A stretch of 64,000 nucleotides of DNA from Amphiscolops sp. MND2022 (Eukaryota): the NCBI GenBank assembly GCA_964187785.1, contig OZ076413.1:61938001-62002000 (forward strand), in the 5' to 3' direction. Made by a program: the position numbers and the translations under genes. Positions 13,420 through 26,019 of this stretch are shown piece after piece. Position 1 is the stretch's first letter. Each line of letters begins with the position of its first letter. The notes under the pieces were generated by a model, which was not told where the DNA came from, made no database searches, and was given only the letters and a program-made list of their open reading frames with translations.

Positions 13420-13627
13420 CTGAAAAAATACAAAACTTTTTAAAACGAAGTTGTGGTTTCTTAGTCAAGTTTTTAAATGCGAAATACATTGCTAAATTTT
13501 CGTAGTTCGATATATAACGCCGGAATCTAGAAAAATCGAACTTGGAGCAAGTTCAAACCGACTGCGGTGAAAAACATGGTTCCTAATTTTGAGATCTCAC
13601 ATGATATTACTTGAATCTGGTACTGAC

Positions 13628-13849
13628 TGTCATAAAATATGTGGGGGGTGGTGGCGGCAGTTTCTAGATTGCCTGTCAGTGTTTGGGCCACTATGAATTC
13701 AGTGGTAGACTTTCGGTAGACTGTGTGGGTGACACCAGAGCCTTGGCTGTAACCTGTCAGAGTCAGTTTGAGGGTAGTACTCGTCTTCAAGCTCGTCGTG
13801 GCTTCAGACGATATCAATGTGGCTACTGCCAATGATGGCTGGGCAGGTC
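13628..13849 (-). CDS. FN3-domain protein exon (4th; 222 bp)
   Basis: ttttag acceptor and gtcagt donor, phase 1-1; encodes (G)PAQPSLAVATLISSEATTSLKTSTTLKLTLTGYSQGSGVTHTVYRK...HIFYD; joins both neighbours in frame. Confidence 0.75.
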
Positions 13850-14006
13850 CTAAAACATGTACATTCGTAGAAACAAAGATGAAAAAATTTTAAAAAGCAG
13901 TCAAAGCATCGTTAGAAGAAAAGCTAATAAATAGAGATTAAAAGTTTAACGATTAGAAACATTTATTACAAAACATTTCATTGACAGGAAGCAAAAAAAA
14001 CCTGAA

Positions 14007-14690
14007 GGTTTAGTATCATTTCACCCCACGTTCATTTCACCCCATATAATTTCACCCCATGTCATTTCACCCCACATTCATTTCACCCCAGGTTCATTTC
14101 GCCCCAGTTTCATTTCACCCCAGGTTCATTTCACCCCACGTTCATTTCACCCCACATTTAAATTATCAAATGCGTCTCAGATTAATTACTAAAGCCACCC
14201 AATTTCAATCTTAGCGCTAATAGAAAAGCGTCTTGAATCTAATTACCAATTAGATCAGCAAACGATGCTTTCTATGTGAACCACAAAATCGGAACCGAAT
14301 AGTTTCATTTATCGGAATTGTAATACTTCTGAAAAAGGCGCTGAAAAAAAAAACATTTTTCTTCTGTCAATCAAAATTTACAATTATAGATGTTGCGAAT
14401 CTTCAGCGAAAATTTTCTTATTCGGCGTTTCTTCGGCAAAAAAATCTACAGGCCAGAAACTGACAATCAAATCAAAGCTGACTCAAAAACAATAGGCATC
14501 AAAGTTTAATTGCTAATTGGTTAATTAAGGCGAGACGCGTTTGTATATTTACAATATGGTGTGAAATGAAAATGGGGTGAAATGAATGTGGGGTGAAATG
14601 AAAATGGGTTGAAATGAATGTGGGGTGAAATGAACGTGGGGTGAAATGAATGTGAGGTGAAATGATTTTGGGGTGAAATGAACGCACACC
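14007..14690 (+). mobile_element. Non-autonomous TIR element (MITE) copy A with 16-bp subterminal arrays
   Basis: GG termini; CATTTCACCCCACGTT-type arrays at both ends in opposite orientation; 8-bp TSD AACCTGAA/AACCTGAG (7 of 8 match). Confidence 0.85.
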
Positions 14691-15148
14691 AACCTGAGTG
14701 ATGATGTTCGCTGAGTTCTCTATTCATTATTATTCATTATTGACTAGTAAGAGGCTGTTGCGTTATTTGAATGAAACCGGAATGCATTACTTCAGAATTT
14801 CTGGTAATGAATCACTTGTTTCTGACTGTGAAAAAGACTGTTAAGAAAGAAATTGAAAGTAAACTACAAATGTGACAAACAACTTTGACGCAATAAAGCT
14901 GGTGGAAAGATTTTTGTATAGTTTTTTTGAAAAACACATTTCTTCGAAGTTTTGTTTATTTGCCTATGCAACATTTCATTTGTATTAAAAACGTATTTGA
15001 GAAAAGCCTCGAAATTTTGTTGAAATTACTCAGGGCTAGGAGATGAAAGATGAATATTTGAAACTACGTAATCTAAAATTTTTCAATCTGCTTTTTTTGG
15101 GCATAAACTTCGTCGAACACATTTGGTTGGTTTTTCCTACAACTAAAT

Positions 15149-15251
15149 GGTATCAAGTCAAATTCTCCTAGTCAAAACCTCCTAAGTTGAATTCTCCTTG
15201 ACTGAAATCTCCTAGGTTGAAATATCATAGACCAAATTCTCCTAGGTTGAA
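15149..15251 (+). repeat. Solo, degenerate TIR of the MULE family at 9569-12202
   Basis: GGTATCAAGTCAAATTCTCCTA followed by about six degenerate 14-15-bp AAATCTCCTA units; no partner end found. Confidence 0.65.
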
Positions 15252-15391
15252 AGAAGGATCCTTCTTGAAAAGTCAAGTGCTTTTAGGGGTCCTTTTCAGG
15301 GGTTGCATAGTAAATTCGATATGTTTGATTTAAAATATTATTGTGTAATTTATGCCCTCTGATAGAATAATAATTATTATTATATCCTAAC

Positions 15392-16074
15392 GGTGTGCGT
15401 TCATTTCACCCCATATCATTTCACCCCACGTTCATTTCACCCTACGTTCATTTCACCCCACATTCATTTCACCCCATGTTCATATTACACAAATGTATAT
15501 TTTAATTACACAAAAGCGTCTCACCTTAATTAACCAATTAACGACTGAAACTTTGATGGCTACTGACTAATTTGAGTCAACGAGTCAACTTTCATTTGGT
15601 TGACAGTTTCTGGCCATACGTGGCTACTAAAATGGAATACGTAAATTTTTGCCGATGATTCGCAGCACCCATAGTTGAAGATTTGATTACGCAACGAGAT
15701 TTCCTTTTTGAACGATTGACAGAAAAATGAATTTTTCAGCTCCTTGTTCAGAAGTATGTAATAACTCCACTGAGTGAAACTTTTGGGTTCCGTTTTTGTG
15801 GTTCACATAGCAAGCATCGTTTGATTATCTAATTGTACTTAGGTTCAAGACGCTTTTCGTTTTGCGGTAAGATTGAATTTGTGTGGCAGTAGTCATTAAC
15901 CTGAGACACATTTGATAATTCAAATGTGGGGTGAAATGAACGTGGAGTGAAATGAATGTGGGGTAAAATGAACGTGGGGTGAAATGAATGTGGGGTGAAA
16001 TGAACGTGGAGTGAAATGACATGTGGTGAAACGAGATGGGGTGAAATGAACGTGGGGTGAAATGATATTGAACC
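15392..16074 (-). mobile_element. MITE copy B, same family as 14007-14690, inverted
   Basis: Perfect 8-bp TSD ATCCTAAC (15384-15391, 16075-16082); ends swapped relative to copy A; internal sequence is a diverged reverse complement of A. Confidence 0.9.
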
Positions 16075-16119
16075 ATCCTAACTTTACTTGCAAAGAGTGA
16101 AGATATATTTGATTAACTA

Positions 16120-17112
16120 CCCTAGTTGAGACTGCTGGAACTTTTTACATGCTGCAGGCCTGCATGCAGGGTAAATTGTTATAAAACCTAGAAAATTCAG
16201 AAAGGTTCCGGTGGTAAATCTTGTAGAATTACACTGGATTTTCCACTACTGCAATCAAATTTGAAAATATTTCCGCCTTATTTTACGGACACGATCACGG
16301 TGTATTCACACATTGCTTTCTCAAATACTCATCTGATTTAGTCACCGCTTCTCAAAGAGGACGCTGAAGATGACGCTAATTCGCTGTTTACATTGTGAAT
16401 AATTTAGTTTGCATTAAAATGGCGGCAAAATTATTAACGTCTCAGCTGCATTTAAAATTAGAACTGATGCATATTGAAACTTGCAGAACTTCACGGCTTG
16501 AAATTGCCGCCAAAACTTTGATGATTCTTTAAAGCAGCTTGAGAAGAGAAGTTAATTTCCCCATTACCGCGGGGTGGACGCCGAATAGGCAGTTCTGCTT
16601 TTCTAAGTCGGCGCCCTTTCGGATACTATCTCCCCATAGCAAGCTATGGTACCATATTTGCAGCCAAGTGGTCAAGCAATGGTGGACTTGAAGCTGTGGT
16701 TTCAAAGTGACTTGCTCAAGGTCACAAAGGTCTGACTGCTCATCGTTGTTCTTTTTTGTTTTGCTTTTCTCCGCCAAATGCGTTATTTTTTGTCATTTAC
16801 GATACCACTAAGCTAGGGATGAAGGACTTGCTTAAGGACCAACAATGGTGAGTTGAGAGAGATTCGAACCTGATACCGCCCCAGTACAGGCCGAATGCTC
16901 TAACCACTACGCCATGCTCCCTATAACCACTACGCCATGCTCCCTATGATAAAAGTTAGTGACAACATAGTTAGTGAAAACCTTGATAAAAGTTAGTGAC
17001 AACATGGAAATATTGACGCATTAAAGTTTCCGTAAGATATTCAGATTATCATAATAAAAGTTGCTGGTAACATTAAAGTACATATAAAAAGTTCAAGCAT
17101 GCTCAACAAGGG
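16120..17112. mobile_element. TA-flanked MITE (CCCTAGTTGA...TCAACAAGGG) carrying a ~440-bp insertion
   Basis: TA|CCCTAGTTGAG and CTCAACAAGGG|TA ends; colinear with 17920-18470 except for extra sequence at ~16542-16985. Confidence 0.75.
16845..16946 (-). mobile_element. tRNA-derived SINE head
   Basis: Minus strand GGGAGCATGGCGTAGTGGTTAGAGC (A box) and GGTTCGAATC (B box); acceptor and T stems do not pair; 23-bp tandem duplication of the 5' end (16901-16946). Confidence 0.65.
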
Positions 17113-17356
17113 TAACCAAGGTCGAGACGACCACAAAAATAACTAAATATTATATGTATAGATAATTATGAATAGCTAATTAAATAACAGCGAGTACAGT
17201 ATTCGCTTCAATTTGAGTAACTGTCCAATTAAATTCGGTTGGCTAGCTGCTTCTCCATGAGTTTTTTTTCATACGTAGATTTTAAACTAGCAAATTTTAG
17301 GAGATTGACTAAGGGATTTTGACATGTACCTAAGGTAAGTAACTAAATGGTCTAAC

Positions 17357-17503
17357 CAGTAATTACATCACTGGATGTCACCGTGTCGCTTTTGAATGAG
17401 CCAGTGTTCGCTGAACAAGCACTGAGTTGTGTCACTCCAATCGTGTACGACGTGAAGGGAGAGAGCGCACCAATTGTCACTGTTGTGGAATCTGCCGTTA
17501 GGG
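17357..17503 (-). CDS. FN3-domain protein exon (3rd; 147 bp)
   Basis: tttacag acceptor and gttaga donor, phase 1-1; encodes (T)LTADSTTVTIGALSPFTSYTIGVTQLSACSANTGSFKSDTVTSSDVIT; L-x-P-x-T-x-Y FN3 motif. Confidence 0.85.
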
Positions 17504-17919
17504 CTGTAAATTAACAGATCATGGAAGTGATGTTGACATATCCCTTAGAAATTACTGCACGCAGTTTGAAACCTATATTATACTATTAGGCTAACAAAAG
17601 CAACAATATTTTTGGTAATAAAATGGTGATTGAAACGGCCTAGTGATTAGTTTTTTTCTGAGATAGGAACCAGGCTTGACCCTCCATGCAAGTCGTTGTA
17701 CAACTGTGCATGGTACGATCGCACTAAAATTATGGCCAAGATCATGACACGTTTCGTTTCGTACTACGATTGGCGTGGTGTTGTAGTAAGATTGTATACC
17801 GGAACCTATGATGGTATGACGCATCGTACTACAAAACGAATGCAAACGGTTCTTTTACAGTGTCTGCAATGCAAGCCCACCTTTTAATAAACAAATGAAA
17901 AGATGCAAATTTGATCCTT

Positions 17920-18470
17920 CCCTAGTTGAGACTGCAGGAACTTTTTACATGCTGCTGGCCTGCATGCAGGGTACTTTTTTTTAAACCTAAAAAGTTTAGT
18001 GGTAAATCAGGCGGTAAATCTTGCAGAATTACACTGCGCTTTCCACTACTGCAATCAAATTTGAAAATAAATACATCATTACCGACACGACACGATCACT
18101 TTGTATTCACACTTTGTTTTCTTAGCAACTCATCTGATGTGATCACCGCTTTTCAACCAGGAAGCTAAACATGACACTACTTTGCAGTTTACTACGTGAA
18201 TGAAGTTGTTTTGTCTCAGAATGGCTATTAAGCTGAGAGCAATTTATTTGCTTTTAAAAATAGAACTGCTTCTCAAAGAAACCTGCAAAGCTTCAAGGAT
18301 TGAAATTGCCGCCAAAACTTTGATGAATCATTCAAGCAGCTTGATAAAAGTCGAACACAACAGGTAATTAATTACGCATGAAGGTTTCCGTAAGAGTTTT
18401 AGAAAATAATAATAAAAGTTGCTGGCAACACTAAAGTACATGCAAAAAGTTCAAGAAGTTTCAACAAGGG
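17920..18470. mobile_element. Second copy of the CCCTAGTTGA MITE
   Basis: Same TIRs and internal sequence as 16120-17112 without the insertion; flanked by TT/TT. Confidence 0.75.
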
Positions 18471-19181
18471 TTACCTTGCAAAGTAGCAGTATGAATTTTA
18501 ATTTTCCTCCTTTTTAAAAAGACAATAATAGGGACCGCGCGTACTGAAACCGTGATATGGTGTAAAGAGATATAGAATTTTTTTGCCCTTAGTACATGGA
18601 AGGCATGTCAGTGAAAAGAGTTTGGGTGTCAATACGCTGCTGGGTGTCAATTCATACAGAGAGCAGTATGAATTGCAAAGTAGTAAGAGGAACACCGAGA
18701 AAACCCACTGCAATTATAGTCGAAACTATGACGCTTCGAAGAGTCTGCATACACTGAGGTACCAAAAAGCTACAAAAACTCAATTTCGCCGACTTAGTAC
18801 CTAAAAACTCAACAAATTTTCACATAAACAATTGAAAAAAATCACTGATTCAAACTTTCCTCAAGAGAACGCTAACCAAAAAACAGCAGCAGTTTTTGCT
18901 GACAAAATAGTATTAAATCTGGTTCCAATTGGTACAATGCTTTCATAAAAGGCATCTGTTGTACTTGAGAAATCACAAAAGTGATGCTCCAGGTTCGTAG
19001 AAAATTTTATGAGATAGTTTTAAAAGCTTTGAACGTCGTCGCTCGCAACTGATTGAAAAACTGACATCGCGTAGAAAAGACCAAAATGAAACTTTTATTG
19101 GAGACACTACAAGAGCTGAAGACCAACAGTACAATTAAAGTCAAGTATTTGTATCATTCTTGTTAAAATGTCTCCTCAAGG

Positions 19182-22100
19182 AAATTGAGACATTTCGTGC
19201 CGTCGTAAAGTTAGCCAAGGAGACCAAGTGATCGGGTGAGGTGAAGAGGGATATGAAAAACTCCAACACCGACAGAAAAAAACCAAGAACAGAAGAAACA
19301 TGATAAAGCGTTAGCACATTTTTATGTTCAGCCTATATTTAACTTTTGGTGTTTGTCGAATTTTATCATACAAAACATCGAAAACTACTGTTTGGAAGAG
19401 ACAAACTTGGCGATTCAGATAGTTTTGTAAATGGTGATGGACCCTAAATGGTTTTCGTATGTGACTCTGCTACTACTACAGAGAGCTGCTAAATACTCTC
19501 TTAAAAACTCATAAATGCGAGAATGTTCGAAAATGCCAGAACAAGAAACCACGAAGGCTTCATTGACGAACATTTACCACCAACGTTCAACGTTGATTCG
19601 TCTATATATTGATGAAGCCGACCTTTTTTCAGGGACATTTCGAAAATTGAGACATTTCGTGCCGTCGTAAAACTAGCCAAGGAGACAAAGTGATCGGGTG
19701 AGGTGAAGAGGGATATGAAAAACTCCAACACCGACAGAAAAAAACCAAGAGCAGAAGAAACATGATAAAGCGTTAGCACATTTTTATGTTCAGCCTATAT
19801 TTAACTTTTGGTGTTTGTCGAATTTTATCATACAAAACATCGAAAACCACTGTTTGGAAGAGACAAACTTGGCGATTCAGATAGTTTTGTAAATGGTGAT
19901 GGACCCTAAATGGTTTTCGTATGTGACTCTGCTACTACTACAGAGAGCTGCTAAATACTCTCTTAAAAACTCAAAAATGCGAGAATGTTCGAAAATGCCA
20001 GAACAAGAAACCACGAAGGCTTCATTGACGAACATTTACCACCAACGTTCAACGTTGATTCGTCTATATACTGATGAAGCCGACCTTTTTTCAGGGACAT
20101 TTCGAAAATTGAGACATTTCGTGCCGTCGTAAAACTAGCCAAGGAGACAAAGTGATCGGGTGAGGTGAAGAGGGATATGGAAAACTCCAACACCGACAGA
20201 AAAAAACCAAGAGCAGAAGAAACATGATAAAGCGTTAGCACATTTTTATGTTCAGCCTATATTTAACTTTTGGTGTTTGTCGAATTTTATCATACAAAAC
20301 ATCGAAAACTACTGTTTGGAAGAGACAAACTTGGCGATTCAGATAGTTTTGTAAATGGTGATGGACCCTAAATGGTTTTCGTATGTGACTCTGCTACTAC
20401 TACAGAGAGCTGCTAAATACTCTCTTAAAAACTCATAAATGCGAGAATGTTCGAAAATGCCAGAACAAGAAACCACGAAGGCTTCATTGACGAACATTTA
20501 CCACCAACGTTCAACGTTGATTCGTCTATATATTGATGAAGCCGACCTTTTTTCAGGGACATTTCGAAAATTGAGACATTTCGTGCCGTCGTAAAACTAG
20601 CCAAGGAGACAAAGTGATCGGGTGAGGTGAAGAGGGATATGAAAAACTCCAACACCGACAGAAAAAAACCAAGAGCAGAAGAAACATGATAAAGCGTTAG
20701 CACATTTTTATGTTCAGCCTATATTTAACTTTTGGTGTTTGTCGAATTTTATCATACAAAACATCGAAAACCACTGTTTGGAAGAGACAAACTTGGCGAT
20801 TCAGATAGTTTTGTAAATGGTGATGGACCCTAAATGGTTTTCGTATGTGACTCTGCTACTACTACAGAGAGCTGCTAAATACTCTCTTAAAAACTCAAAA
20901 ATGCGAGAATGTTCGAAAATGCCAGAACAAGAAACCACGAAGGCTTCATTGACGAACATTTACCACCAACGTTCAACGTTGATTCGTCTATATATTGATG
21001 AAGCCGACCTTTTTTCAGGGACATTTCGAAAATTGAGACATTTCGTGCCGTCGTAAAATTAGCCAAGGAGACAAAGTGATCGGGTGAGGTGAAGAGGAAT
21101 ATGAAAAACTCCAACACCGACAGAAAAAAACCAAGAGCAGAAGAAACATGATAAAGCGTTAGCACATTTTTATGTTCAGCCTATGTTTAACTTTTGGTGT
21201 TTGTCGAATTTTATCATACAAAACATCGAAAACCACTGTTTGGAAGAGACAAACTTGGCGATTCAGATAGTTTTGTAAATGGTGATGGACCCTAAATGGT
21301 TTTCGTACGTGACTCTGCTACTACTACAGAGAGCTGCTAAAGACTCTCTTAAAAACTCATGAATGCGAGAATGTTCGAAAATGCCAGAACAAGAAACCAC
21401 GAAGGCTTCATTGACGAACATTTACCACCAACGTTCAACGTTGATTCGTCTATATATTGATGAAGCCGACCTTTTTTCAGGGACATTTCGAAAATTGAGA
21501 CATTTCGTGCCGTCGTAAAACTAGCCAAGGAGACAAAGTGATCGGGTGAGATGAAGAGGGATATGAAAAACTCCAACACCGACAGAAAAAAAACCAAGAG
21601 CAGAAGAAACATGATAAAGCGTTAGCACATTTTTATGTTCAGCCTATATTTAACTTTTGGTGTTTGTCGAATTTTATCATACAAAACATCAAAAACCACT
21701 GTTTGGAAGAGACAAACTTGGCGATTCAGATAGTTTTGTAAATGGTGATGGACCCTAAATGGTTTTCGTATGTGACTCTGCTACTACTACAGAGAGCTGC
21801 TAAATACTCTCTTAAAAACTCATAAATGCGAGAAAGTTCGAAAATGCCAGAACAAGAAACCACGAAGGCTTCATTGACGAACATTTACCACCAACGTTCA
21901 ACGTTGATTCGTCTATATATTGATGAAGCCGACCTTTTTTCAGGGACATTTCGAAAATTGAGACATTTCGTGCCGTCGTAAAATTAGCCAAGGAGACAAA
22001 GTGATCGGGTGAGGTGAAGAGGAATATGAAAAACTCCAACACCGACAGAAAAAAACCAAGAGCAGAAGAAACATGATAAAGCGTTAGCACATTTTTATGT

Positions 22101-23331
22101 TCAGCCTATATTTAACTTTTGGTGTTTGTCGAATTTTATCATACAAAACATCGAAAACCACTGTTTGGAAGAGACAAACATGGCGATTCAGATAGTTTTG
22201 TAAATGGTGATGGACCCTAAATGGTTTTCGTATGTGACTCTGCTACTACTACAGAGAGCTGCTAAATACTCTCCTAAAAACTCATAAATGTGAGAATGTT
22301 CGAAAATGCCAGAACAAGAAACCACGAAGGCTTCATTGACGAACATTTACCACCAACGTTCAACGTTGATTCGTCTATATATTGATGAAGCCGACCTTTT
22401 TTCAGGGACATTTCGAAAATTGAGACATTTCGTGCCGTCGTAAAATTAGCCAAGGAGACAAAGTGATCGGGTGAGGTGAAGAGGGATATGAAAAACTCCA
22501 ACACCGACAGAAAAAAACCAAGAGCAGAAGAAACATGATAAAGCGTTAGCACATTTTTATGTTCAGCCTATATTTAACTTTTGGTGTTTGTCGAATTTTA
22601 TCATACAAAACATCGAAAACCACTGTTTGGAAGAGACAAACTTGGCGATTCAGATAGTTTTGTAAATGGTGATGGACCCTAAATGGTTTTCGTATGTGAC
22701 TCTGCTACTACTACAGAGAGCTGCTAAATACTCTCTTAAAAACTCATAAATGCGAGAATGTTCGAAAATGCCAGAACAAGAAACCACGAAGGCTTCATTG
22801 ACGAACATTTACTACCAACGTTCAACGTTGATTCGTCTATATATTGATGAAGCCGACCTTTTTTCAGGGACATTTCGAAAATTGAGACATTTCGTTCCGT
22901 CGTAAAATTAGCCAAGGAGACAAAGTGATCGGGTGAGGTGAAGAGGGATATGAAAAACTCCAACACCGACAGAAAAAAACCAAGAGCAGAAGAAACATGA
23001 TAAAACGTTAGCACATTTTTATGTTCAGCCTATATTTAATTTTTGGTGTTTGTCGAATTTTATCATACAAAACATCGAAAACCACTGTTTGGAAGAGACA
23101 AACTTGGCGATTCAGATAGTTTTGTAAATGGTGATGGACCCTAAATGGTTTTCGTATGTGACTCTGCTACTACTACAGAGAGCTGCTAAATACTCTCTTA
23201 AAAACTCATAAATGCGAGAATGTTCGAAAATGCCAGAACAAGAAACCACGAAGGCTTCATTGACGAACATTTATCACCAACGTTCAACGTTGATTCGTCT
23301 ATATATTGATGAAGCCGACCTTTTTTCAGGG
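19182..23331. repeat. Tandem array, 9 x ~462 bp, intronic
   Basis: Units start near 19182, 19644, 20106, 20568, 21030, 21492, 21955, 22417 and 22879; only scattered substitutions between copies. Confidence 0.97.
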
Positions 23332-25426
23332 AAATATTTTGGAACGAAATGTAGATCAGAATTTTGCCGAAATTCTTACTGTAAAATTGGACAGATAACT
23401 GAGGTATGATTTGAATGAAAATGTCTTTAAAAATATGACAAGTCAGCGGAAAAAGATTGCTCCAAACAGTTACTCCAATGACGCATCTCGCTTCGCTCAA
23501 GCCTTAAAAAAGAGAAAAGTAGTTTCAATCGACAAGAACTCTAATGTCAACATGTCCAATACAGACACACTTTCTGAGCAGCTCAGTTTATAGTACGAAT
23601 GTGACTCCTTGCTGCAAAAATGCTGTTTTTTTCTACAGAAGTTGAGCTTGCCACCTGTCATGCATCGATTTTTGTGTCAATTTCCTGTTTTTAACTTCCG
23701 CGAGTGGTTATCAGAGCCGTGCTGAGCAACTGTGATCAGTGTGAAGTTCTTTTTCAAAAGCGAATACTTTAGTGAGAACAGCTTCAACATGAATATGAAC
23801 ATGATTCTGAACCCTCTTACATAGGCCTGTTCATTTATTCAAAGGGTGTTGTTATATGAGGTTGCACTGAAAGTAGAAAAGCCTTTCGACGTAATGCTCT
23901 GAACAAAGGTTGTTAACAGGAGGTGCAGTAGCCCAGGCCCCTCGTAATACGGAGAAGAGCCGGTCCAAAAATACGATAATTTCGTCAAGTGGTTTCAAAA
24001 TTTGTGTTTTCGACATAAACAAGACAAATAGAAACCCGATTTGGCTAGAAACATTTTGCAAAGGACAATACCTTTCAGCACATTCATGTTTCAAAAAAGT
24101 CATCAGAAACCCAAAATCGTCCAATTTTTGATAGATGAGAAATACAACTTTTGAAATTTTTATCACACGGCAATTCAAGGAATTGGGAGTTTTCAATACG
24201 CTATATTTAAAAAGCTACTGGTCAGTTGTCACTGAGAAAACCCTCTCGTAATCTTTCTACCTTGACGTTCTTCAACTTTTACTTCGAACGCTTTTTGTGA
24301 ATACGGTTTTTAAAAAAATGAACAGCCACAAACTGTTGTAGGTCCTTTCAAAGCAATAATTCAACGGAACAAAAGTAGAGGTAAAATTTGAAGAATTGCG
24401 CTTTAAAAAATGTTCAGGTCATACTTTGAAGATCTTAATCAAAGGTACAAAGTTTATTGAAGTCATTTTTGTTACGAAGAGCGGCTTTCGAGATTTTGCA
24501 TGACAAATTCAGAAAATGCCAAAAGGCACATGTAATGTTGATCAAATCCCGAGAAGTGATAGCATGTGGGAATTTTGTTAATTGATTGCGTAAAAAGTTT
24601 TCACGATTTAAATTTTTTTCAACAAAATCAAAACTCTCTTTGGTACACAAGAGTATATTTCACAATTGGAGGTAGCCGGTATGGCAAAAGGTCCTTGCTA
24701 TGCGATGCGGCCGGGAAAGATAGAGAGTTTACAATGAACCGAAGGGACGCTATCGAAAAGGTCAAAATAATTGAACACTTTTAACAATCAGCATTGATAA
24801 TTAGTTAGAAAAACGTATAAATGTATTTCTGGACACCTTTGAAAAACCGCAATTTGATGTATTCAAACACAAAACGACCCTGACATATGTTGCCTTGGAC
24901 TTCTTTTTCAAAGAACGATTTGAACGTTATTCATGCGCTTTTCAGACCATTCGCCAAGAGAATAGGCATAAAAATATGACGCAGAAAACGGACTTCATTT
25001 TCAAAAGTCACAAAAGTAGATTTTGTATAAAAGTGTTTTGTATACAGAAGTAAAAAATCGACTAAATTACTGTTTTCTATGAAGAAAAACCTCAGACGAT
25101 TGAAAAGACGGAAGATTAGTAACGATTCTACTGCCGCCATCGTACACAAATGACCTTAAATCGCAATCAACCATACCAACAAATTTGATAGCTGTTTGCA
25201 TTGATTCCAAACGGAAAAACTAATTTGGTCCCAGGTTTCATTTAAACAGTGAATCCATGTCTGCATAGGCTAGGCACTAGTTACAGAGACCACAAAAGGA
25301 TCCCGGAGTGTTTTAATCAAATGACGAGGACCTTATTAGAGCAAAAAACCTCCCATAGTATACATGAGGCCAAACACGGCGCTCTGGAAAGTGTTTTGGT
25401 GGAAAATGTATGTAGAACAAACTTAC

Positions 25427-25585
25427 TAGCTACTGTGGGGATGTACGTAGCACCGGCTACGGCAGGTGTGATTACAAACTCGAAAGCGCCCACGGCGGCT
25501 CCATTCGAAGGGTTGGTGTAGAATTCCACAATGATCTCTGACGAAGACTTTGCTCTTGCTTGAACTCCTTGTGGATCGGCAACCT
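25427..25585 (-). CDS. FN3-domain protein exon (2nd; 159 bp)
   Basis: ttttttttcag acceptor and gtaagt donor, phase 1-1; encodes (K)VADPQGVQARAKSSSEIIVEFYTNPSNGAAVGAFEFVITPAVAGATYIPTVA. Confidence 0.87.
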
Positions 25586-26019
25586 CTGAAAAAAAAGAAC
25601 GGAGAGATCCTCAGAAATCGACTAGAAACTAGCGTATGTGAAAACGAAAAACGAAAAAGATCACAGTGCTTATATATTTGATGTATGAAGTATGTTTTTT
25701 GACAATTTTCCGGTTATATCCTTTTAGTGGCATATTGAAAACACTTCTTTATTTGCATTTCGAAGTTATAAAAAATGGAAATGGAAAATCTTAAATTGTG
25801 ATAGTTTTTCCAGAGAACAAACAAATCCCAACTTTTCCTGTCAGCTAGTTTCTGACGCCTTTTGTAAAAAGTAAAATGAATCTTCAATTGTATCGTGGTG
25901 GAAGCCATGTTTTGGAAAAGCATAAGAAAGCGGGTTCAAGTACCACGAAAGTCCAAAAATTTGAAGCTGAATTATACCAAACAATTTGCTACTCAAAAAC
26001 ATCGGACACAATGTTTCGC

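Noticed and set aside
14499-16076. HFTP/ISPH-repeat ORFs and a CRISPR-like look of the short arrays
   Set aside because: Head-to-tail 15-16-bp units with no unique spacers, no cas genes and a eukaryotic context; they are MITE ends.
16845-16922. Functional tRNA gene
   Set aside because: A and B boxes are present but the acceptor and T stems cannot pair; treated as a SINE head.
19501-23500. Repeated 79-100 aa ORFs on both strands
   Set aside because: By-products of the 462-bp array; no recognisable domain, and they open or close with single substitutions.
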